In this document: piece by piece, positions 1 through 9,755 of the stretch
Layout of the letters: each line of letters starts with the position of its first letter
Position numbering within the stretch: position 1 is the first letter of the stretch
Made by a program: the position numbers and the translations under genes
The notes under the pieces: model-generated
Seen by the model: the letters and a program-made list of their open reading frames with translations, nothing else
Told to the model about the DNA's origin: nothing
Database searches by the model: none
Assembly (NCBI GenBank): GCA_963778655.1
Contig: CAVZVA010000009.1
Location: 1,184,001 to 1,248,000, forward strand
Length of the DNA stretch: 64,000 nucleotides
Direction of reading: 5' to 3'
Source: an uncultured delta proteobacterium
Lineage (GTDB): Bacteria; Myxococcota_A; Polyangia; Polyangiales; JAFGIB01

Positions 1-1600
1 CGGGCACGATCCGCAGAAGGTCTACGCCGCGTATCACGCCGCGGTCAGCAGCAGCGGGCAGCCGACCTGCATCCTGGCCAAGACCGTCAAGGGCTACGGC
101 ATGGGCGAGGCGGGAGAGGGCAAGAACCCAACCCACCAGCTCAAGAAGCTGGGCGAGGACGCGCTCAAGGCCTATCGCGACCGCTATCGCATCCCGATCT
201 CCGACGCGCAGATCAGCGACGCACCCTACTACAAGCCGGCCGACGACAGCCCGGAGCTGCGCTACCTGCACGAGCGCAGGCGAGCGCTCGGCGGTTACGT
301 GCCCGAGCGGCGAGAGCGGGCCGCAGCGCTGCCCGCGCCTTCGCTGGAGGAGCTCGAGCCGCTGCTCAAGGGCTCGGGCGATCGCGAGATGTCGACCACG
401 ATGGCGTACGTGCGCCTGCTCGGCCTGCTGCTGCGCAACAAGGACCTTGCGGAGCGGCTGGTGCCGATCGTCCCCGACGAGGCGCGCACCTTCGGCATGG
501 AGGGCCTGTTCCGGCAGCTCGGCATCTACGCCGCGCGCGGCCAGCTCTACGAGCCGGTCGACCACGATCAGGTGATGTACTACCGCGAGGATCAGAAGGG
601 GCAGATCCTGCAGGAGGGCATCAACGAGGCCGGCGCGCTCTCCTCGTTCATCGCGGCCGGGACGGCCTACGCCAACTACGGCGTGAGCATGATTCCGTTC
701 TACGCGTTCTATTCGATGTTCGGCTTCCAGCGCGTGGGCGACCTGATCTGGGCGGCAGCCGACAGCCGCGCGCGCGGCTTCCTGATCGGCGCGACCTCTG
801 GTCGCACCACGCTCGCGGGGGAGGGCCTGCAGCACTGCGACGGCCACAGCCACGTGCTCGCCAGCAACGTGCCGAGCTGCGTGGCTTACGACCCCACCTA
901 CGCCTATGAGCTCACGGTGATTGTGCAGGACGGGCTGCGCCGGATGCTGAGCGAGCAGCAGAGCATCTTCTACTACATCACCGTGACCAACGAGAACTAC
1001 GTCATGCCGGAGATGCCGCAGGGCGCGGCCGAGGGCATCCTACGCGGCATGTACCTGCTGCGCGACGGCGGCTCGGTCAAGGGCCCGCGCGTGCAGCTGC
1101 TGGGCAGCGGCGCGATCTTGCGCGAGGTGCTGGCCGCCGCTGAGTTGCTGCTCGCCGACTTCGGCGTGGTCGCCGACGTGTGGAGCGTCACCAGCTTCAC
1201 CGAGCTCGCCCGTGAGGGCGCGGCGGTGCGGCGCGACGACATGCTGCAGCCGCGCGAGCCGCGCACGAGCTACGTCGAGCAATGCCTGGGCCCGCGCAAG
1301 GGGCCGGTGATTGCGGCGACCGATTACGTCAAGCTCTATGCCGATCAGATCCGTGGGCTAGTGCCGCGGCGCTACAGCGTGCTCGGCACCGACGGCTTCG
1401 GCCGCAGCGATACGCGGGCGATGCTGAGGCGCTTCTTCGAGGTCGACCGCCATCACGTCGTGGTGGCCGCGCTTTCGGCGCTGGCACAGGACGGCGAGAT
1501 CGATCGTGCCAAGCCCGACGCGGCGCTGGAGAAATACGGTATCGACCCGCGCAAGCCCGCGCCTCTCATCGCCGACCTCGACCACGGGGGCAAGCCATGA
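1..1600 (+). CDS. aceE: Pyruvate dehydrogenase E1 (homodimeric type), 5'-truncated by window edge
   Basis: Frame open from base 2 (GHDPQKVYAAY...LAKTVKGYG); motifs PDEARTFGMEG, EGINEAGA, YSMFGFQR, GEGLQH, LGTDGFGRSD. Confidence 0.95.
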   Translation, partial: GHDPQKVYAAYHAAVSSSGQPTCILAKTVKGYGMGEAGEGKNPTHQLKKLGEDALKAYRDRYRIPISDAQISDAPYYKPADDSPELRYLHERRRALGGYVPERRERAAALPAPSLEELEPLLKGSGDREMSTTMAYVRLLGLLLRNKDLAERLVPIVPDEARTFGMEGLFRQLGIYAARGQLYEPVDHDQVMYYREDQKGQILQEGINEAGALSSFIAAGTAYANYGVSMIPFYAFYSMFGFQRVGDLIWAAADSRARGFLIGATSGRTTLAGEGLQHCDGHSHVLASNVPSCVAYDPTYAYELTVIVQDGLRRMLSEQQSIFYYITVTNENYVMPEMPQGAAEGILRGMYLLRDGGSVKGPRVQLLGSGAILREVLAAAELLLADFGVVADVWSVTSFTELAREGAAVRRDDMLQPREPRTSYVEQCLGPRKGPVIAATDYVKLYADQIRGLVPRRYSVLGTDGFGRSDTRAMLRRFFEVDRHHVVVAALSALAQDGEIDRAKPDAALEKYGIDPRKPAPLIADLDHGGKP

Positions 1601-2964
1601 GTGAGACGCGGATCGAGGTTCCCGATATCGGCGACGCCAGCGACGTGGACGTGGTCGAGATCCTGGTGCAGCCCGGCACGCGCGTGGATGTGGACCAGGG
1701 CCTGATCGTGCTCGAGAGCGAGAAGGCTTCGATGGAGGTGCCGTCGCCGTTGCGGGGCGTGGTCAAGCAGGTCGCGCTCAAGGTCGGGGACAAGGTCTCC
1801 AAGGGCTCGCTGATCCTGATGCTCGAGGCCGAGCCGGGCGCAGCCAGCGAGGCCAAGCCCGCACCCACCGCGGCCGCCGAGCCGGCGCGCGCGCCCGCCG
1901 CGCAGGACGCGCCACGCGCCACGCCGCCCTCCAGGTCGTCGCCGCGACCCGCCGGCTTGCCCCCCGAGGCAGGCGCGGCGCCGGAGCGCGGGCCTTCGCG
2001 CACGATTCCTCCTCCGCAGTACGTGCCCGAGGTCGAGGGCGCAGCGGAATCGCCCGCGACGCGCGAGAAGAAGCCGCACGCCACTCCTGCGGTGCGCAGG
2101 CTCGCGCGCGAGCTCGCGGTGGACCTGGCCCAGGTGCCCGGCACCGGCCCGCACAGCCGCATCACGCGTGAGGACGTCCAGCGCTACGTCAAGCACGCGA
2201 TGTCGGTGGCCGGCACCGCGACCGGCACCGGTTTCGCCGTGCCCGAGCTGCCCGAGGTCGACTTCAGCCAGTTCGGCGAGGTCTCGCTGCAGCCGCTGAC
2301 CAAGATTCAGAAGATCTCCGGGCGCAATCTGCACCGCAGCTGGGTGACCATCCCGCACGTCACCCAGTTCGACGAGGCCGACATCAGCGAGCTCGAAGAG
2401 TTCCGCAAGAAGATGCGCGCGGAGCGGCCCGAGACCAAGCTTACGCTCACCTCGTTCTTCATGAAGGCGGTGGTGGTGCTGCTCAAGCAGATGCCGCGCT
2501 TCAATGCCTCACTCGACCGCTCGGGTGAGAACTTGGTGCTCAAGCACTACTTCCACCTCGGGGTCGCGGTCGACACCAAGAACGGGCTGGTGGTTCCCGT
2601 GATCCGCGACGTCGATCTCAAGGGCCTGCACGATCTGGCCGTGGAGCTCGGCGAGGTGAGCGAGCGCGCGCGCGCGCGCCGCCTCTCGCCGCAGGATCTG
2701 CAGGGCGCGTCGATGACGATCTCGAGCCTGGGCGGCATCGGCGGCACGCACTTCACCCCGATCATCAATCCGCCCGAGGTCGCGGTGCTGGGTGTCTCGC
2801 GCGCCGCGCTCAAGCCGGCCTATCTCAACGGCCAGCTGGCGCCGCGCCTGATGTGCGGGCTCTCGCTTTCCTATGACCACCGCGTGATCGACGGCGCGGA
2901 CGCGGTGCGTTTCACCACCCGCTTGCGCGAGGTGCTCTCCGACATCCGCCAGATGCTGCTGTAA
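1597..2964 (+). CDS. aceF: Dihydrolipoamide acetyltransferase E2 with one lipoyl domain
   Basis: ATGA overlap with aceE stop; lipoyl motif LESEKASMEV; E3-binding ATPAVRRLARE; catalytic DHRVIDG. Confidence 0.95.
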   Translation: MSETRIEVPDIGDASDVDVVEILVQPGTRVDVDQGLIVLESEKASMEVPSPLRGVVKQVALKVGDKVSKGSLILMLEAEPGAASEAKPAPTAAAEPARAPAAQDAPRATPPSRSSPRPAGLPPEAGAAPERGPSRTIPPPQYVPEVEGAAESPATREKKPHATPAVRRLARELAVDLAQVPGTGPHSRITREDVQRYVKHAMSVAGTATGTGFAVPELPEVDFSQFGEVSLQPLTKIQKISGRNLHRSWVTIPHVTQFDEADISELEEFRKKMRAERPETKLTLTSFFMKAVVVLLKQMPRFNASLDRSGENLVLKHYFHLGVAVDTKNGLVVPVIRDVDLKGLHDLAVELGEVSERARARRLSPQDLQGASMTISSLGGIGGTHFTPIINPPEVAVLGVSRAALKPAYLNGQLAPRLMCGLSLSYDHRVIDGADAVRFTTRLREVLSDIRQMLL

Positions 2965-3105
2965 GTCGGCGATCGCGATAAGGAGAATCAGTGCCTGCGA
3001 TTCGATCCCGAATCGCAAGCCCTGATTGGGGCACTGGCTGGCGAGCCGCGGGCGCGTATGCTGTAATCGCGGCGATGCGGCGCCGCCCGCGCGCCATGGA
3101 GGAGG

Positions 3106-4146
3106 ATGCCCATGCGAGCTGCTGTCTCGGGTGTTGTCGCGCTGTGTTTTTGCGCTGCGGGGCTCGCCAGCGCGGCGCAGGCGCAAGCCGGCGCAGCCGC
3201 GGCGCCCGCTGCTGCGCCCAAGGCTGCCGCGCCCAAGGCTGCCGCCGCGCCCAAGGCCAGCACGCCGAAGGTGGCCGCGACCGCGGCGCCAGCGGCGCTG
3301 CCCGAGCCGCCGGCCGCCGCCGCGCCGGCCCAGGCCCCTGCCGCCGGCGAGCCGACTGGCGCGCAGCAAGCCACGTCGCCGGCCGCCCAGCCCCCCGAAG
3401 GGACGGCGCCGGCCGCGCCTCCGCCCCCGCCGGCCCCAGCCCCCGCCGCTCCCGCGTATGGCCCCGGCAATCCTCCACCGCCTCCGCCCCCACCGCCCCA
3501 GTACGAGCGGCTCGGCAAGCCCGAGCCCGAAGTCACCAGGGGCGACTGGGACCCCTGGGAGCACGCCACCCCGGAGACCCATCACCACGATGGGTTCTAC
3601 TTGCGCCTGGCGGCCGGGCTCGGCGGCGGCAGCGTCTGGGGCAACGACCACATTCTACCGGGCGTGCAGGATCTCACGCTTTCCGGGATCGGCTTCGGCA
3701 CCTCGATTGCGATCGGCGGCGCCGTGACCGACAACCTGATCCTGGACGGTGATCTGTTTCAGTCCACGGTGTTCAACCCGTCGGTGCGCCAGGACGGGCA
3801 GGGCCGCGGCCACGCTTCGGATCTCACCCGCGACTACGGTATCGGCGAGGACGTGGAGCTGGTCGGCGTCGGTCTCGGCGTGACCTACTACTTCATGCCG
3901 GTCAACGTGTACCTCGCGGGCTCGCTCGGCTTTGGACAGGCCGTGTTCGAGGACTCAGGCGGCAACCGCTCCGGCAGCGATTTCGGCTTCGGCGGCAACT
4001 TCATGCTCGGCAAGGAGTGGTGGGTCGGGTCGGATTGGGGCATCGGCGTGGCCGGCCAGCTGATCGTGATCGCGACCCACGACGACATCCTGGGCGGCCT
4101 GGCCGGCACGGCGTTCAACATCATGTTCAGCGCGACGTACAACTAG
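3106..4146 (+). CDS. Secreted protein: Pro/Ala-rich linker plus small outer-membrane beta-barrel
   Basis: GGAGG RBS; signal peptide ending AQA; HHHDGFYLR motif; alternating beta-strands; C-terminal FSATYN. Confidence 0.65.
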   Translation: MPMRAAVSGVVALCFCAAGLASAAQAQAGAAAAPAAAPKAAAPKAAAAPKASTPKVAATAAPAALPEPPAAAAPAQAPAAGEPTGAQQATSPAAQPPEGTAPAAPPPPPAPAPAAPAYGPGNPPPPPPPPPQYERLGKPEPEVTRGDWDPWEHATPETHHHDGFYLRLAAGLGGGSVWGNDHILPGVQDLTLSGIGFGTSIAIGGAVTDNLILDGDLFQSTVFNPSVRQDGQGRGHASDLTRDYGIGEDVELVGVGLGVTYYFMPVNVYLAGSLGFGQAVFEDSGGNRSGSDFGFGGNFMLGKEWWVGSDWGIGVAGQLIVIATHDDILGGLAGTAFNIMFSATYN

Positions 4147-4152
4147 CGTTGG

Positions 4153-4332
4153 CCGTCCAGAAGCGCCCAGGAGCGGCTTTGTGTCTTGGATGCTTGCGAT
4201 GACTAGCCGCGCCAGAGGACGGGGGCGGTAGGCCGCAGCGGGCTACGTCCTCGGTCCGGCCCTGCGGCGTTACCCAAGGTACGCCACGGTCCGGCCCTCC
4301 GGGCGCGCTCGTTCCTGAGCACTCCTGGACGG
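4153..4332. repeat. ~180-bp palindromic MITE/REP-like element
   Basis: 23-bp imperfect terminal inverted repeat (4153-4175 vs 4310-4332, 19/23 match); internal hairpin GGCGT..ACGCC; lies between convergent genes. Confidence 0.55.
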
Positions 4333-4411
4333 AAACGCGGTCTGCGCAATGCGCAACTCGGCGGTGGTGCGACAGCGCATCGGGGGGAGACAGCGCGCCA
4401 CCGCACGCGGC

Positions 4412-5422
4412 CTACTTGCGGGCGACGCCGTCGGGGTCGACCTCGAGTAGCAGGCAGCCCTGGGGCTGGGCCTGGGTCTGCTCGTCGGGCAGCCAGTAGG
4501 TCGCGTCCAGCGTGCACATCTCGTCGCCGGCATTGACGCCGTAGCGCAGCTCCAGATCGGTCGTGTTGTGGTAGTCGCACTGGAAGCGCAGGCCCTCGCC
4601 CGGCTCGAGCCGCAGCGGCTCCGCCAGGGTCATGCGGTTCTCGCTCGGGCCGCGGCTGTACCACAGCGGCTGCCCGTCGCGCGGGCCGCCTGCGATCCAC
4701 ACGCCGAAGCCCGTACCGTAGCTCTGCGTCCTGCGCACCAGCTCGCCGATCACCAGCGCCTGGCTGACGTTGCACTCGGCCAGGTGCGAGCTGCGCCCGC
4801 CGGGCGGCGTGTAGATGGTGAGGTTGTCGAAGTCCGCGACGTGCGCCACGTGCTGCACGGCTGACGCGTCCACAAGGTGGAAATTGAGCCCGACCTTGGC
4901 CGGCAGCGGCTCCTCGCTATCGTTGACGAAGTGGTAGTCGATCGCAATCTTCTGCCCGCCGTAGAACACCTGGCCGACGCCCGCCGGGTAGCGCTCGTCG
5001 TGGTAGCTGCGCTGGGTCGAGATCACTTGGGCCAAGTCTTCCCCGAAGGCCTCGCCGGCCCGCGTGCAGGGCACCCGCGAGCCCACGTCCATGATCGACT
5101 CGGTGTCACTGCCGACCGGCGCGGCGCTCACGATCAGGTCCTGACCGTGGGCGGTCATCGCCGACTCGATGCGGTCGACGTAGTAGACGTTGCCGGGACC
5201 GCCGGGCAGCCGCAACGCCTCGCACCAGCGGATGTCGTCGCCTGGCTCGATCATCACGCCCAGCGACTGCACCTGGAACCCGCGTTCAGGCGGCTGCAGC
5301 CCGAGCTCGGCGCTCACGCCGGTGGCGTTGGTGCCTGCCCCGAACTTGGGTCCGGTCTGCGTGGCGCAGCCGGCTCCCAGGATCAGGATCGACACGGCCA
5401 GAGTCGTAAAGGAGCTGCGCAT
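4412..5422 (-). CDS. Lipoprotein with copper type II ascorbate-dependent monooxygenase (PHM-like) fold, degenerate metal sites
   Basis: Lipobox-like GAGC; C-terminal RFQCDYHN...YG...DEMC; YHFVN; canonical HH and HxH absent. Confidence 0.6.
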   Translation of the reverse strand: MRSSFTTLAVSILILGAGCATQTGPKFGAGTNATGVSAELGLQPPERGFQVQSLGVMIEPGDDIRWCEALRLPGGPGNVYYVDRIESAMTAHGQDLIVSAAPVGSDTESIMDVGSRVPCTRAGEAFGEDLAQVISTQRSYHDERYPAGVGQVFYGGQKIAIDYHFVNDSEEPLPAKVGLNFHLVDASAVQHVAHVADFDNLTIYTPPGGRSSHLAECNVSQALVIGELVRRTQSYGTGFGVWIAGGPRDGQPLWYSRGPSENRMTLAEPLRLEPGEGLRFQCDYHNTTDLELRYGVNAGDEMCTLDATYWLPDEQTQAQPQGCLLLEVDPDGVARK

Positions 5423-5613
5423 GGGGACGACGCGGGCAATACCTAGTCGCTTAAGATAGCCCGTCGCAAGGGGCGGACGCCAATCCCCGGTGGGTGCTCG
5501 CCACGGGTACCCTCCACGGACCCTCGAGCCGGTCTCAAGGACAGACTTAAATCCATTCAATATCATAGGCTTGCGGCGTGAATCTCAGCTCCGCCTGAAG
5601 GCTGCCCGGCGGG

Positions 5614-8516
5614 CTACGACAGCAGCGCCAGCAGGTCGTCGCGGGTGATGCCGCCGGCGGCCCGAGGATCGCCGGTGGCCGCGTGCGCCAGCGCCCGCTT
5701 CTTCTCTTGCAGCTCGAGCATCCGCTCCTCGACCGTGTCGGCCGCCACCAGCCGCTGCACCATCACCGGGCGGTCCTGACCGATGCGGTGCGCGCGGTCC
5801 GCGGCCTGATCCTCGACCGCGGGGTTCCACCACGGGTCGAGCAGGAACACGTGGTCGGCGGCGGTGAGGTTGAGGCCGGTGCCGCCGGCCTTGAGCGAGA
5901 GCAGCATCACTGGCGGCCCACCCGGGTCCTGGAAGCGGTCCACCACCGCGCCGCGGTCACGCGTGCTGCCGTCGAGGCGGCAGAACTCCACGCCCGCGCC
6001 GCGCAGCTCCGGCTCGACCAGGTCGAGCAGCGACGTCCACTGCGAGAACACCAGCGCCTTATGGCCCTCTGCCAGCGCCTCCTCGAGCGTGCGCAGCAGC
6101 AGCTCGAGCTTGGCCGAGCCCTCGCCGTGCTGGCCGGGCAGCAGGCTGGCGTGGCAGCGGCCTGGCGCAGCCGCAGCAGCGCCTCGAGCGCGGCCAGCAC
6201 GCTGCCGCCCGCCTGCAGCTGCTGCAGCACCTCGCTCTGGGTCGCGGCGCGGATCGCGTCGTAGAGCGCGCGCTCGTGCTCGTCGAGGACGCAGCGCAGC
6301 ACTGCCTCGGTGCGCGGCGGCAGCTCGCGCGCGACCTCGCGCTTGATCCGGCGCAGCACGAACGGCCGCATCCGCTCGCGCAGCCGCGCCGCCGCCAGCG
6401 GGTCGCCCTCGTTGATGGGCTTGGCGTAGCGCTCCTGGAAGTCGTGCCGGCCCCCCAGCAGGCCCGGGTTCATGAAATGCAGCTGGCTCCACAGCTCGTC
6501 GAGGCGGTTCTCGACCGGCGTGCCGGTCAGGGTCACGCGGAAGCGCGCACGCAGCTCGAACGCGGCGCGCGCGGCCTGGCTGTCGGCGTTCTTGATGTTC
6601 TGCGCCTCGTCGAGGATCACCATCGCCCACTGCTGCGCCGAGAGCGCGTCGATGTCGTTGCGCAAGGTTGCGTAGCTGGTCAGCGTGATGTCGGCCTCGG
6701 TGTCGAGGGCGCGCCCCGCGCCGCGGTAGAGGTTGACGCGCAGCGCCGGCCGAAAGCGCTCCACCTCGCGCTGCCAGTTGTAGAGCACGCCTGCCGGCGC
6801 CACCACCAGGCAGGGCGCCTGCACCACGCACAGCGCCTGCAGCGTCTTGCCCAGCCCCATATCATCGGCCAGCATCGCGCCCAGGCCGGCCTGCGACAGG
6901 AACGCCAGCCAGTCGACGCCGCGGTGCTGGTAGGGCCGCAGGGTGGCCGCCACGTCTTGCGGCAGCGCGTGGCTGGGGATCGCCTCGAAGCCGTCGACCA
7001 GCACGCGCAACCGCTCGAACGAGGGCGGCGGCGGGTGGTCGAGCGCTTCGCACAGCCGCGCCAGGTCTGGCAGCGCCGCGGCCGGCAGCTCTCCGTGCTC
7101 GCCCTTGGCCGCGACCAGATCCGCCACTAGGTGCCCGCAGCGCTCCAGAAACCCGCGCGGCAGCTCGGCCCAGCCGCCCTCGACCAGCGGCACCAGCGCC
7201 TCGCCGCGGCGGAACGCTCGCATCACCGCCTCGGCGCTGGCGTGGCGCACCTGCTCGCCGTCGTTCGAGCTGAACGCGAGGTCGAAACGCTCGCCTTCCA
7301 TGCGTAGCTCAGGCTGCAGCGGCACGGTCACGAAGCACGCGTCCAGCCCGTTGCCCTCGACCACCGCCCCCTCGAAGGCGCGCAGCCGATTGGCCGCGTC
7401 CACCGCGCCCAGCCCGGCGAAGCGCTCGGCGCGGCCCACCCGCAGCCCCAGGCGCAGCTCGAGGTCGGCGATCAGGCGCTGCTCCTTGACCTCGTTGCGC
7501 AGCGGCAGCGCGCCGCCCAGGTAGTGCAGCTTGCCGGCGTCGACCCGCGCGCAGGGCGGGTCGCCGTACACGATCAGCGGCAGCACGCTGAGCGCGTCGC
7601 CGTCGTAGTCGGCCTTGAGCAGCAGCCGCGGCGGCATGGCGGTGGCGCTGGGCAGGATGCGGCTCTCGATCGACACCGGCACGCGCTCCTGCAGCGCCGG
7701 CAGCACGCGCCCGACCAGGTCCGCCACCTGCCCGAACTCGTACACGCGTCCCCTGCGCAGCTCCTCGATGTCGCGGCCGCTCAGGTCGAGCTCTCCCACC
7801 GGCCGCAGCACGCCGCCGTGCAGCACCGCGCCGTTGTCGAACAGCTCGCTGATTTCCGGATCCTGCGCCGCGTGCAGGCGGAAGCCGCCCTCGTGATCCT
7901 CGAGCCGGGCGCAGATCACCGGGCGCGGCGCGCCGATCGTGATCGGCTTGCCGTCGAGCTCGACGTCGACGCATTCGGCCAGCGCCGAGAGCACGCGCGC
8001 CATCAGCGGGCGCGGGATCTTGCCCGATACGATGCCGCCGAGCGCGAGGTCCACCGCCATGTCCGCCTGCGCGGTGGCGATCTCGTCGTCGCTGCCGCGG
8101 CGCTGTAGCTGGGTCAGCCGCACGTGCAGCGGCTTGAAGCCCTCGCCGCCCCGCAGCAGGCGCTCGATGCGCAGCCAGCCTTGGTCGCGCCGCAGGCGGT
8201 AGGCCAGCTTGGCGGTGGGCGTGGTCAGCCCGGGCAGCGTCTCGCCGCGCTCGAACGCGCGGCTGACCCACAGCGCGCTGGCCGCGACGTGGACGCAGGC
8301 GTCCTCGTCGCTCTCGCACTCGCACGACCAGTCGAGGTGACCGGGCGACAGGCACACCAGCGGCGAGGCCAGGCCGCCGCGCGTGATCACGCGCAGCTCG
8401 AGCTCCTCGTTGTGAGTGCGCTTGCCCGTGACCGTGGCGCTCTGCGCGAGCTGCTGGGCCCGCTGCCAGACCTGCGGCGAGCAGCTCTCTCGAATCGCGT
8501 CGACCAGGTCCTGCAT
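5614..8516 (-). CDS. SWIM zinc finger-SNF2 helicase, one frameshift at about 6157-6162
   Basis: [35 protein letters not shown] in one frame; [25 protein letters not shown] in the adjacent frame; join restores LRQAACH. Confidence 0.9.
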
Positions 8517-8648
8517 CGGGGGGGCTGCGTAGTGTAGCAGACCGCGCCCGTTCAAGGGTGGCGCAGCGCTCCGTTTTGGGCGTTCCGGTTCCCGCAAGCG
8601 CGCTCTTGCGCCCATCGCAGCCAGGACGCGGCAGCGGTGCCCGTCGCG

Positions 8649-9644
8649 TCAGCCGTTCGCGGCCAGCTTGCGCCGGTACTCGATCGGCGTCTGGCCGGTC
8701 CAGCGGCGAAAGGCGCGGTAGAACGCCGGCGTGTGCGAGAAGCCGAGCATGAACGCCACCTCAGAAGGGCCGAGCTCGGGGTTGCCGAGGTGGCGCAGGG
8801 CCAGGCGCCGGCGCAGGTCGTCGAGCAGCGCACTGAAGGTGGTGGCTTCCGCCTCCAGCTTGCGGGCCAGCGTGCGCGGGCTCATGTGAAGGCGCCGCGC
8901 GATCTGAGCCGTGCTGGGATCGCCCCGGGCGAGCTCCTCGGTGAGCAGCCGGCGCACGCGCTCGCTCGTGCTCCAGCGCTCCGGGATATCGGTCAACATG
9001 CGCTCGACGTGCTTGCGCAGCACCGAGTGCAGGTTCGGATTGGCGCTCGACAGCGGCACCTCCAGCGAAGGCCGCGGCATCGCGAAGCCGCAGAACGGAG
9101 CCGCGAAGCGTACCGCGGCCGGGGCCAGCGCGGCCTGGTGCGCGCGCAGGTCAGCCGGCGCGGAGCGCAGCAGCCAGCACTCGAGCCCGGGTGCCGCGCG
9201 CAAGACGCTGCCGAAGCTGTGGTACATGGCGGCGACCAGGAAGTCCTGCGACACGTCGCTCATCACCACCTGGCTTTCGAGCGCGAAGCAGGCGCGCTCG
9301 CCTTCCAGCTCCAGCCTGGGCTCGAGCGCGTCGTTGAGCAGGTGCATGTAGCGCGCGACCACCGCCAGCGCCTCGCGTACGGTCGGCGCCGAGCTCGCCG
9401 CGAATTCGATCCCGCCGGCGTCGCCGCCGCACATCGCCGCGCCGGCCTTGAGCCCGAGCGCCTGGTCGCCGGTAAGGGCGATCGCGCGCTCGAGCCAGCG
9501 GTGGGCGCTGGCAACCGGAACGCGGTCGTCGGGGTCGCGCGCGGCCAGCCGCGCGAGCGCGCGCGTGCCGACCCCGCGCTCGCGCGCCAGCACCTCGAGA
9601 AACGGCCGGACCAGTCGCAGCGAGTACGAATGCGTTTGCGCCAT
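8649..9644 (-). CDS. AraC family transcriptional regulator
   Basis: C-terminal double HTH (IARRLHMSPRTLARKL; VAFMLGFS..AFYRAFRRWTGQTP). Confidence 0.9.
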   Translation of the reverse strand: MAQTHSYSLRLVRPFLEVLARERGVGTRALARLAARDPDDRVPVASAHRWLERAIALTGDQALGLKAGAAMCGGDAGGIEFAASSAPTVREALAVVARYMHLLNDALEPRLELEGERACFALESQVVMSDVSQDFLVAAMYHSFGSVLRAAPGLECWLLRSAPADLRAHQAALAPAAVRFAAPFCGFAMPRPSLEVPLSSANPNLHSVLRKHVERMLTDIPERWSTSERVRRLLTEELARGDPSTAQIARRLHMSPRTLARKLEAEATTFSALLDDLRRRLALRHLGNPELGPSEVAFMLGFSHTPAFYRAFRRWTGQTPIEYRRKLAANG

Positions 9645-9755
9645 GCGCGGCTTGCACCACCGGCCCGGCCGCGGCGCATCCTGCGAGCGTCCCAACCAAG
9701 GGCCTGCCCAACGATATAACGGTATACAGCGCTGCAGGCGGAACGCCAGCGCGGC

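Noticed and set aside
3180..3500. Short repeats such as AAPKAAAPK as a CRISPR-like array
   Set aside because: In-frame low-complexity linker; no repeat-spacer periodicity and no cas genes
5455..5520. Possible c-di-GMP-I riboswitch (GCAA loop, GGACGC)
   Set aside because: Core consensus incomplete and no downstream gene on that strand
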